DNA of 64,000 nt from Clostridiales bacterium (lineage in GTDB: Bacteria; Bacillota; Clostridia; Caldicoprobacterales; UBA3941): assembly GCA_012518075.1 (NCBI GenBank), contig JAAYTG010000080.1:23048-87047 (forward strand). The letters run 5' to 3'. The translations under genes and the position numbers were made by a program. Below are positions 30,167-38,539 of this stretch, in pieces. The notes under the pieces were generated by a model. That model worked only from the letters and a program-made list of their open reading frames with translations. It made no database searches and was not told where the DNA came from. The first letter of the stretch is position 1. The number at the start of each line of letters is the position of its first letter.

Positions 30167-30868
30167 ATGTCATTAGGTTTGACATTATTGGTTGTAGTAG
30201 GTATTCTTTTTTTGTTTGGTATAGGTCACAGTGTACTGGATCGAATGCGACTGAGTGATAAAGCAGCCATGCTTTTTATGGCAGCAATCTTAGTTGGCAG
30301 CTTCATTCCCAATATTCCATTGGGAAGAAGGCTTTCTATCAATATTGGAGGAGCCATAATACCCTTAGTCTTGGCCATATATGTTTTTTTCAAGGCAGGG
30401 ACTGTCAAGGAAAAAACCCGCTCAATACTGGCTTCTATACTAGCAGGAATAGGGGTTTTTGCTGCTAGTCGTCTATTACCCCACGAACCTGAAACCATGT
30501 TAATCGACCCCAACTATGTCTATGGTATTATAGCAGGTATTATTGCTTATCTATTTGGCAGATCCCGACGTGCTTCCTTTATTGCAGGAATAGTAGGAGT
30601 ACTGCTAGCAGATATTGCTCAAGGGATAATAAATTATATGAACAATCTACCCACACCTGTACGCCTAGGAGGAGCTGGTGCTGTGGATGCCGTGGTAATA
30701 TCTGGATTTTTAGCAGTTATATTAGCCGAAGTCGTAGGAGAACTTCGGGAGAAGATACAAGGAGGTACTAAGAAAAAGAACATGGGCTTTGACAAAGGAG
30801 AGTTCATAAGATTAGTTGATTTTGATGAAATGGAGGAAAGGGGTGGCGAAGATGAAAAACAAAAGTAA
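30167..30868 (+). CDS. Integral membrane protein (DUF1614-like)
   Basis: 233 aa, about 6 TM helices, acidic C-terminal tail. Family name from memory only. Its 3' end overlaps spoIIP by 17 nt. Confidence 0.45.
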   Translation: MSLGLTLLVVVGILFLFGIGHSVLDRMRLSDKAAMLFMAAILVGSFIPNIPLGRRLSINIGGAIIPLVLAIYVFFKAGTVKEKTRSILASILAGIGVFAASRLLPHEPETMLIDPNYVYGIIAGIIAYLFGRSRRASFIAGIVGVLLADIAQGIINYMNNLPTPVRLGGAGAVDAVVISGFLAVILAEVVGELREKIQGGTKKKNMGFDKGEFIRLVDFDEMEERGGEDEKQK

Positions 30869-32015
30869 ACTAGTCAGTATGGTAGTTATCATGGCCATCA
30901 TCTTTACCACTATCTCACCCATAGGGATAAGTAGAGCTGATAATTGGTATGAAGATGAGCCAGGCTTTTTTACTCTCTTTGATGAGGAGGGAAATGAGCT
31001 TACTACTATGGCTAGCGAAATGTTTAAGGAGGATGAGTATATTAGTAGTGACAACAAGCACTACTCCATATCACGAGTGGATAAGAAAGGTAAAAGAGCC
31101 CATGCAAAATTTTTGGGAGAGATCCAGCTTCCGGAGTTTGAAGAGATTGACGATATGTCCATGGAGGCTATTGCCCCTAAAGAAGGGGATAGGAGCATAC
31201 TACTATACTGTACCCATAGCGATGAGTCCTATGTTCCAAGCGATGGGAAGCCCAGTATTCCCGCTGAAGGAGGGATCTATGATGTAGCTGAGAGTTTTAA
31301 GAACTCCTTAGAAAAAAAGGGAATTAAGGTCGTACTGGACAAAACCTCCCATGACCCTCATGATGCTGGAGCCTATCGTCGTTCTAGACAGACAGCTATG
31401 GATCTTATTAGAAAGAATATGCCCATAGCCGCAGTTTTTGATCTTCATAGGGATGCAACACCAAAGCACACCTATGAAACCTCTGTAGATGGAGAATATA
31501 TGAGCAAAGTGAGGATCGTTATCGGGAAGAGAAATCAGAATAGGAAAGTAAATGAAGAGCTTGCCTATAAGATAAAGGCCATTGCCGACAAGTCACATCC
31601 TGGGCTGATAAAAGATATATATATAGGACGTGGTGAATATAATCAAGAACTATCCCCACGTTCACTTCTCTTTGAATTTGGAACCCATGAGATAAGTAAA
31701 GAGGCAGCTCAAAAGGCTACTGTTAATATGGCTGATGTAGTAAACAAAGCCATATTTGGCGGGGTTTTTAAGTCGAAAGAGCATGATAAAGGACAAGAGG
31801 AAAAAGGGGAGACAAAAGAGACAAGAGAAACAAAGGAAAGAAGTTACAAGGCAGAACCAATAAGCCAGGAGGAAGGAAAAGGAGCAGGTAGTGGGATACT
31901 ATGGTTTATAATCATAGCAGCCATAGGCATTGTAGTCTTTACATTGATTAGCAAGAGTAGAAATGAGATGGCAGATTCTTTTAACAATATATTTGGAAAG
32001 AAAAAGAGAGAATAA
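30852..32015 (+). CDS. spoIIP: Stage II sporulation protein P (SpoIIP)
   Basis: LLYCTHSDESY and FDLHRD amidase-fold motifs, with an N-terminal TM. Start moved to ATG 30852 (MKNKSKLVSMVVIM). Confidence 0.8.
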   Translation: MKNKSKLVSMVVIMAIIFTTISPIGISRADNWYEDEPGFFTLFDEEGNELTTMASEMFKEDEYISSDNKHYSISRVDKKGKRAHAKFLGEIQLPEFEEIDDMSMEAIAPKEGDRSILLYCTHSDESYVPSDGKPSIPAEGGIYDVAESFKNSLEKKGIKVVLDKTSHDPHDAGAYRRSRQTAMDLIRKNMPIAAVFDLHRDATPKHTYETSVDGEYMSKVRIVIGKRNQNRKVNEELAYKIKAIADKSHPGLIKDIYIGRGEYNQELSPRSLLFEFGTHEISKEAAQKATVNMADVVNKAIFGGVFKSKEHDKGQEEKGETKETRETKERSYKAEPISQEEGKGAGSGILWFIIIAAIGIVVFTLISKSRNEMADSFNNIFGKKKRE

Positions 32016-32124
32016 GCAAAACACCTTAAAGGAGCCTAGTTTTTAAGGCAATAAATCACTGCAAAAGCTCTACCTATACAGCTTATGTAGTGTAGCCATG
32101 CCTATAGGGACCTATAAGATGAGG

Positions 32125-32171
32125 AAGCTCCTCTGTTTTAAGGATATTTTGAGACAGAGGGAGCTTTTTTC
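32125..32171 (+). terminator. Rho-independent terminator
   Basis: AAGCTCCTCTGT ... ACAGAGGGAGCTT stem followed by T6. Lies 110 nt after the spoIIP stop. Confidence 0.75.
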
Positions 32172-32316
32172 ATTTACAGGCCTGGATGGCTTTATATAAA
32201 AATACTTCATCTGGCTTTGGAATGTCTTGACTTTGCCTTAGTTTTGGTCAATAATAGTACTATATTAGCCGTTTAGTATCAGGTGATAAAATCTAGTGAT
32301 AAGAGGTGGCAAAAGC

Positions 32317-33633
32317 ATGAAAACTAAGGGCCATACTATATCTAACATACTTCCCGGCAGCATTGCTGATGAGATGGGTATAGAGCCGGGAGACAAATTG
32401 ATAGCTATCAATAATACTACCGTTTTAGATGTGCTGGATTATTTAGAGTGGATTGAGCAGGATTATTTAGAATTGACCATTCGAAAGCAAGACGGAGAAG
32501 AATGGATTTTGGAGATAGAGAAGGATATCGATGAAGATATTGGTATAGATTTTGAATTTCCTTTGATGGACAGGAAGAAAGCTTGTGCAAATAACTGTAT
32601 ATTTTGTTTTGTGGATCAACTTCCACCTTCATCTCGTTGCAGTCTACAGTTTAAAGATGATGATTGGAGGCTTTCATTTTTAATGGGTAACTACATTACT
32701 TTGACCAATCTATCACCTAGGGATCTAAAGAGGATACATGAAAAGCATGTAAGTCCTCTCTATGTATCCATCCACACCAGCAATCCTGATCTTAGGATCA
32801 AGATGATGGGGAACAAAAGAGCGGGAGAGATATTAGATATATTGGAAGGATTCCGCGAAAACGGGATTTTAGTTCATTGTCAGATTGTACTGTGCAGAAA
32901 CATAAATGATGGCAATGAATTGGACAAGACCTTAGAGGATTTATGGTCGTTTCATGATATAATACAATCAATAGCCATTGTTCCTGTAGGCCTTACAGGG
33001 CACCGCCAAGGTTTGGAGGAAATATTGCCTTATGATAAAGGATCATCAAATCAGCTTATAGACCAGGTAGAGGTATGGCAGGCTTTTTTCAAGGACAAGC
33101 TAGATACAGCTTTAGTTTTTGTAGCCGATGAATTCTACCTAATGGCAGAAAGACCTATGCCGGAATACCAAGCCTATGAAGATTTCCCACAAATTGAAAA
33201 TGGTGTGGGATTGGTACAGAAATTCCGCAATGAATTCTATGAGGCTATTGAGGAGTTGAGCAGTGACATTAGAGGGCAAGATGAGATATCTATAATCACC
33301 GGTCAATCGGCTTTTGAGATTATGGAGGAAATTGGACAAACATTAGAAAGGATGACAGGCAAAACTATCTATGTTTATCCTATTAAAAATAACTTCTTTG
33401 GTGGACAAGTTTCCGTTGCTGGATTGGTAACAGGTAGTGATATAATAAAAGGGCTAGAGGGAAAGCCTTTGGGAGAAAAGATACTTATTCCCAACATAAT
33501 GTTAAGACAAGGCGAAAATGTCTTTCTAGATGATACGACTTTGGAGACATTGCAGCAAGGGTTGGGAACTAAAGTAGTTCCCGTTGCTGTAGATGGCCGA
33601 GCCCTAGTAAAAGAGATTATGTCCAAGGATTAG
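32317..33633 (+). CDS. PDZ plus radical-SAM-like plus DUF512 protein
   Basis: N-terminal PDZ-like ILPGSIADEMGIEPGDKLIAIN, Cys cluster CANNCIFCF, about 438 aa. Typical neighbour upstream of der. Start moved to ATG 32317 after AAGAGGTGG. Confidence 0.7.
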   Translation: MKTKGHTISNILPGSIADEMGIEPGDKLIAINNTTVLDVLDYLEWIEQDYLELTIRKQDGEEWILEIEKDIDEDIGIDFEFPLMDRKKACANNCIFCFVDQLPPSSRCSLQFKDDDWRLSFLMGNYITLTNLSPRDLKRIHEKHVSPLYVSIHTSNPDLRIKMMGNKRAGEILDILEGFRENGILVHCQIVLCRNINDGNELDKTLEDLWSFHDIIQSIAIVPVGLTGHRQGLEEILPYDKGSSNQLIDQVEVWQAFFKDKLDTALVFVADEFYLMAERPMPEYQAYEDFPQIENGVGLVQKFRNEFYEAIEELSSDIRGQDEISIITGQSAFEIMEEIGQTLERMTGKTIYVYPIKNNFFGGQVSVAGLVTGSDIIKGLEGKPLGEKILIPNIMLRQGENVFLDDTTLETLQQGLGTKVVPVAVDGRALVKEIMSKD

Positions 33634-33804
33634 TATTTTATTATTTGTCATACTAGTCCAGCATTTTGCACTATATAAGTATAATGGCTATTGAAGCTAT
33701 TAATCAAAAACTATAATTTAGCTGTAGTCCATTAACTATATACCATGACAAGTGTGGGGCTAGAGTAAGATTGAATAAAAGCTGTTTATAAAGGTGGGAA
33801 ATAA

Positions 33805-35124
33805 GTGATAAATCCAATTGTTGCAATAGTAGGCCGTCCCAATGTGGGCAAGTCTACACTCTTTAACCAGCTAGTTGGCGCAAGGATTTCTATTGTAGAC
33901 GATCGTCCAGGGGTGACTCGAGATAGAATCTATGCTGACACCGAGTGGCTGGATAATAAAATGACTTTAGTAGATACAGGCGGTATAGATGTACACAGCC
34001 AAGATCAATTAGTCACACAGATGAAGGAGCAGGCAAATGTGGCTATCGATATTGCTGATGCTATTATCTTCCTAGTGGATGGGAAGGAGGGTATAACCCC
34101 TGCTGACCAAGAGGTAGCCAACCTATTGAGAAGAGCACAGAAGCCAATTGTTTTAGGTATAAATAAAATCGATGCCCCTCATGAAGAGGAAATGCTCTAT
34201 GAATTCTATAACCTAGGTATGGGAGAACCTATTTCCATATCTGCCTCACATAAAAGGGGATTAGGGGATCTTTTAGATGCGGTGGTTGCCCATCTTCCCA
34301 AGCTGGATTATGATGAGGAGGATGAGGACGTTATAAAGGTTGCCGTTTTAGGAAAACCTAACGTGGGGAAATCTTCTATTGTCAACTGTCTACTAGGAGA
34401 GGATAGGGTAATTGTCAGTGATATACCGGGTACTACTAGGGATGCTATCGATACCCCCTTTGTGGTCAATGGGAAAAAATATGTTATTATAGACACTGCC
34501 GGTATTAGGAGAAAGAGTAGGATAAGCGAAGATTTGGAGAGGTATAGTGTTATTAGGGCATTATCAGCTATTCGGAGATGTGATATTGCTCTTTTGGTTA
34601 TCGATGCTACTGAAGAAGTCACCGAGCAGGATACTAAGATAGGCGGCCTTATACATGAGGAAGGCAAGGGCTGTATAATGATTATGAATAAGTGGGATCT
34701 GATTGAAAAGGAAACCAATACTATGAACCAGTATAGGAAGCGTTTACTTAATGATCTATCCTTTTTGCAATATGCGCCTAGCCTTTTTACATCTGCCCTT
34801 ACAGGTCAGAGGTTAGACAGGATAATTGAAATGGTTGATGAGGTTTATGCCAAATGTACTTTCAGAATTTCTACGGGGGTATTAAATGATTGTATTGCAG
34901 ATGCCGTGGCTTTTTCTGAACCACCAACTGATAAGGGTAGAAGGCTCAAGATATATTATGGTACTCAGGTTTCTATCAAGCCTCCCACCTTTGTTCTGTT
35001 TGTAAATGATCCAGCCTTAATGCATTTTTCATATATAAGGTATTTAGAGAATCAATTTAGGAAAAGTTTTGGACTGGAAGGCACACCTATTAGATTTATT
35101 GTAAGGCAAAGATCCAATGGATAA
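33805..35124 (+). CDS. der: Ribosome-associated GTPase Der (EngA)
   Basis: Two G domains (GRPNVGKST, GKPNVGKSS) plus a KH-like C-terminus. GTG start after AAAGGTGGG. Confidence 0.9.
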   Translation: MINPIVAIVGRPNVGKSTLFNQLVGARISIVDDRPGVTRDRIYADTEWLDNKMTLVDTGGIDVHSQDQLVTQMKEQANVAIDIADAIIFLVDGKEGITPADQEVANLLRRAQKPIVLGINKIDAPHEEEMLYEFYNLGMGEPISISASHKRGLGDLLDAVVAHLPKLDYDEEDEDVIKVAVLGKPNVGKSSIVNCLLGEDRVIVSDIPGTTRDAIDTPFVVNGKKYVIIDTAGIRRKSRISEDLERYSVIRALSAIRRCDIALLVIDATEEVTEQDTKIGGLIHEEGKGCIMIMNKWDLIEKETNTMNQYRKRLLNDLSFLQYAPSLFTSALTGQRLDRIIEMVDEVYAKCTFRISTGVLNDCIADAVAFSEPPTDKGRRLKIYYGTQVSIKPPTFVLFVNDPALMHFSYIRYLENQFRKSFGLEGTPIRFIVRQRSNG

Positions 35125-35142
35125 AAAGGAGGGGGCTAAATA

Positions 35143-35748
35143 ATGTTATATATTCTTATTGCTGCAATAGGTTATACTCTCGGTAACATTTCTTCATCCT
35201 ATCTTGTGGGCAAGTTTGCAGGCAATATAGATGTCAGACAACACGGCAGCGGTAACCTAGGGGCTACTAATGTCTTTAGAGTACTAGGTTTTAAGGCAGG
35301 AATCATTGTGTTTTTGGCAGATGCACTTAAAGGGGTTCTTGCTACCTTGATAGGCTTATGGATAAAAGGAGATATTGGTGGGTTGGTAGGAGGCATAGCA
35401 GCCGTGGCAGGACATAATTGGCCATTTATGCTAGGTTTCAAAGGTGGAAAGGGAATCGCTACTTCTTTTGGTACCCTTATTATAATTTTTCCTGGAGTTT
35501 CCCTTATTCTTTTTGTAGTGGCTGTCCTAATAATTGTATTGACCAAATATGTATCCTTGGCTTCGGTTTCAGTAGCAATCTTATTTCCTATTCTAGTAAT
35601 CGCTTTTGGATACAGTGGCAAGCACATTATAGGAGCATTGCTATTGTGTGCCTTGGCTCTATACAGGCATAGAGCTAATATATCCAGGCTGCTAAATAGA
35701 CAGGAAAATAGGATTACATTAAGAAGTAGGGGTAGGAGATTAAGATGA
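35143..35748 (+). CDS. plsY: Glycerol-3-phosphate acyltransferase PlsY
   Basis: SGNLGATNVFR, HNWPFMLGFKGGKG. 201-aa membrane protein. Confidence 0.9.
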   Translation: MLYILIAAIGYTLGNISSSYLVGKFAGNIDVRQHGSGNLGATNVFRVLGFKAGIIVFLADALKGVLATLIGLWIKGDIGGLVGGIAAVAGHNWPFMLGFKGGKGIATSFGTLIIIFPGVSLILFVVAVLIIVLTKYVSLASVSVAILFPILVIAFGYSGKHIIGALLLCALALYRHRANISRLLNRQENRITLRSRGRRLR

Positions 35749-36764
35749 TAAAAAAGGTCTCTGTTATTGGTGCAGGTAGCTGGGGGACTGCCCTGTCCAT
35801 TCTCCTTGCCAATAAGGGCATAGATGTGAATCTTTGGGCTTATGAAGAAGAGGTATATGAGCAGATCACTGAAACTAGGGAAAATAGTCGCTACCTTCCG
35901 GAAATAGTCATACCGTCTAGTGTCATAGCCTATAGGGATAAACGAGAGGCCATAAGAGATACAGATCTTACGGTGCTAGCTGTATCCTCTCAAGCAGTAC
36001 GTAGCGTGGCTGCTCAGATAAGGGATTTTATTCCCGACCAAGGCATTATAGTCAATGTAGCAAAGGGGCTGGAAGTAAAGAGCCTTAAGAGATTATCACA
36101 GGTAATAGAAGAGGAGGTTCCTCATTGTCGCATAGCCATACTATCCGGTCCAAGTCATGCGGAAGAGGTGGCTATGGGAATCCCCACTACAATAGTAAGT
36201 GCAGCTAAAGAGCGTCGGGTATCGGAATTTGTCCAGGATGTCTTTATGAGTCCAAATTTTAGAGTGTACACAAATTCAGATGTAATTGGTGTTGAAATGG
36301 GTGGAGCTCTCAAAAATATTATTGCCCTGGCAGCGGGAGTGGGAGATGGCTTAGGCTATGGTGATAATACCAAGGCAGCTCTAACTACTAGGGGTATTGT
36401 AGAGATAACCCGCTTGGGTCAAGCTATGGGTGCATTACCCAGTACCTTTGCTGGTCTAACCGGTATCGGGGACCTAATAGTTACCTGTACCAGTATGCAC
36501 AGTCGAAACAGACGGGCAGGAATAATGATCGGTCAGGGAAAATCCTTGGATGAGACCCTAACTACTGTTGGAATGGCTGTAGAAGGAGTAAAAACCTGCG
36601 AGGCTGCGTATAAATTAGCTCAGAAGATGGGTGTAGAAATGCCCATCACCGAACAATTATACCAAGTGCTTTTTATGAATAAGGAAGCCAAGGAAGCTGT
36701 AGAGGATTTGATGCTTCGTAATAAGACCTTTGAAAGTGAAGAAGGCTACAATAAATGGCTATAA
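35745..36764 (+). CDS. gpsA: NAD(P)H-dependent glycerol-3-phosphate dehydrogenase GpsA
   Basis: GAGSWGTAL Rossmann motif, GALKNIIALAAG. ATGA overlap with plsY. Confidence 0.9.
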   Translation: MIKKVSVIGAGSWGTALSILLANKGIDVNLWAYEEEVYEQITETRENSRYLPEIVIPSSVIAYRDKREAIRDTDLTVLAVSSQAVRSVAAQIRDFIPDQGIIVNVAKGLEVKSLKRLSQVIEEEVPHCRIAILSGPSHAEEVAMGIPTTIVSAAKERRVSEFVQDVFMSPNFRVYTNSDVIGVEMGGALKNIIALAAGVGDGLGYGDNTKAALTTRGIVEITRLGQAMGALPSTFAGLTGIGDLIVTCTSMHSRNRRAGIMIGQGKSLDETLTTVGMAVEGVKTCEAAYKLAQKMGVEMPITEQLYQVLFMNKEAKEAVEDLMLRNKTFESEEGYNKWL

Positions 36765-36766
36765 TT

Positions 36767-36788
36767 TTTATGACAACCTTGTCATAAA
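36767..36788. terminator. Perfect 10-bp-arm palindrome directly after the gpsA stop (hairpin or operator)
   Basis: TTTATGACAA CC TTGTCATAAA, followed by CCTTTTCCC. Could be the gpsA terminator or a protein-binding site upstream of spoIVA. Confidence 0.4.
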
Positions 36789-36884
36789 CCTTTTCCCTTA
36801 ACAATATACATTATTATAGATATTCATGTATGTTGAGCTTGTAATGGCAAGAGTTGCAATCTAATAACAGGGAGGGAAAAGGTG

Positions 36885-38363
36885 ATGGAGAAATTTGACT
36901 TATATCGGGATATTGCCGAACGCACCGATGGCGATATATACATTGGAGTGGTGGGGCCAGTTCGAACGGGTAAATCTACCTTGATAAAAAAAATCATGGA
37001 TTTACTGGTGCTCCCAAATATCGAAAACGATCCTAAGAGGGAGAGGGCTATCGATGAGATGCCCCAGAGCGGGGCAGGTCGAACCATTATGACCACCCAA
37101 CCTAAGTTTGTTCCCGATGAGGCAATAGAGATTACTATTCGAAATAATGCTAGCCTAAAGGTTCGTATGGTGGACTGTGTAGGCTATCTGGTAAATGGTG
37201 CTATGGGTCATATGGAAGGGGATAGTCCTCGAATGGTACGTACCCCTTGGTTTGACTACGACATCTCTTTTGAGGATGCTGCGGAACTGGGCACCAGAAA
37301 AGTAATTACGGATCACTCAACCATCGGCCTGGTGGTGACAACTGATGGGAGTATTACGGATATTTCCCGATCAAATTACATAGAGGCGGAGGAGAGGGTA
37401 GTCAATGAACTTAAGGAGCTAAATAAGCCCTTTGTAATCATTCTCAATTCCAGTACCCCCAAGGCACCGGAGACAGTAAACATGCGGGAGGCCCTGGAGG
37501 AGAAATATGATGTTCCTGTACTATTGTTTGATGTAATGAATTTAACCTTGGAAGACATAGACGATATACTTAGCAATATTCTGTTTGAGTTTCCATTGAC
37601 AGAGATACGGATAGATATTCCCAAATGGGTTCAGAGCCTTGATGATGACCACTGGCTTATTGAGCATATATTTGATTCCATCAAAGGCTTTACTGAGGAT
37701 ATCTTTAGAGTAAGGGATATAGATATAATAAAAAACGCACTGGAGGGCTCAGAGTTTGTAGAGCAGCCCAGCATAGCTGAAATAAGCCTGGGTAATGGTA
37801 AAGTATTAGTGGATATGGATACCAAGCCCGGTATGTTCTACAAGGTTCTGGGTGAGACCTGTGGATACAATATAGAAGGGGACTATCAGTTGATTGGACT
37901 CATGAAGGAATTGGCCTCGGCTAAGAAGGAGTATGATAAGGTAGCTCAGGCTCTAGATGATGTTAAGACAACTGGCTATGGGACTGTTTCCCCTACCATG
38001 GATGAGTTGGTGTTGGAAGAACCAGAGATTATTAAGCAAGGTGGTAGATTCGGGGTGTGCCTAAGGGCTAGTGCGCCGTCCCTTCACTTTATACGGGCTG
38101 ATATTCAAACCGAGGTTTCGCCAATAGTAGGCAGTGAAAAGCAAAGCCAGGAGTTGGTCAACTATCTATTAGATGAGTTTGAGGCGGATCCGGCAAAACT
38201 TTGGGAATCCAACATCTTCGGAAAATCTTTACATGAGCTAGTAAATGAAGGTCTATCCAATAAGCTTATGCGAATGCCGGAAGATGCCCAGTTCAAAATC
38301 CAAGAAACTCTCCAACGGATAATAAACGAGGGTAGCGGGGGGCTCATCTGCATAATACTATAA
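36885..38363 (+). CDS. spoIVA: Stage IV sporulation protein A (SpoIVA)
   Basis: MEKFDLYRDIAERTDGDIYIGVVGPVRTGKST Walker A, 492 aa, C-terminal GGLICIIL. Confidence 0.9.
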   Translation: MEKFDLYRDIAERTDGDIYIGVVGPVRTGKSTLIKKIMDLLVLPNIENDPKRERAIDEMPQSGAGRTIMTTQPKFVPDEAIEITIRNNASLKVRMVDCVGYLVNGAMGHMEGDSPRMVRTPWFDYDISFEDAAELGTRKVITDHSTIGLVVTTDGSITDISRSNYIEAEERVVNELKELNKPFVIILNSSTPKAPETVNMREALEEKYDVPVLLFDVMNLTLEDIDDILSNILFEFPLTEIRIDIPKWVQSLDDDHWLIEHIFDSIKGFTEDIFRVRDIDIIKNALEGSEFVEQPSIAEISLGNGKVLVDMDTKPGMFYKVLGETCGYNIEGDYQLIGLMKELASAKKEYDKVAQALDDVKTTGYGTVSPTMDELVLEEPEIIKQGGRFGVCLRASAPSLHFIRADIQTEVSPIVGSEKQSQELVNYLLDEFEADPAKLWESNIFGKSLHELVNEGLSNKLMRMPEDAQFKIQETLQRIINEGSGGLICIIL

Positions 38364-38384
38364 AGGACATAAGATCATAGGGCG

Positions 38385-38413
38385 AAATCGTCAGCATAAG
38401 CTGACGATTTTTT
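38385..38413 (+). terminator. Rho-independent terminator after spoIVA
   Basis: 11-bp stem AAATCGTCAGC / GCTGACGATTT, loop ATAA, T-run. Confidence 0.8.
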
Positions 38414-38539
38414 GTGTCCAAATTAAATAGATCTTTATCCCTAATCAGTAAAGGCATTGACTTATCAATAGCGCATATGCCCATATGGCGATACCTGTTG
38501 AACTGGTACAAAAGGTAAAGTTATCTGTCTTATATATTG

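Noticed and set aside
30949-31287. 112-aa alternative-frame ORF inside spoIIP
   Set aside because: It overlaps the conserved SpoIIP frame and has no independent signals.
32119-32199. 26-codon mini-ORF (MRKLLCFKDILRQRELFSFTGLDGFI) spanning the terminator
   Set aside because: It has no RBS, and the sequence is better explained as the two arms of the terminator hairpin.
35199-35627. 142-aa ORF antisense to plsY; also 34308-34718 (in der), 5665-6111 (in the dehydrogenase), 10300-10785 (in mraZ), 43872-44273 (in the acyl-CoA synthetase), 56369-56731 and 57066-57410
   Set aside because: All lie antisense within confidently identified genes. None has an RBS or a recognisable domain.
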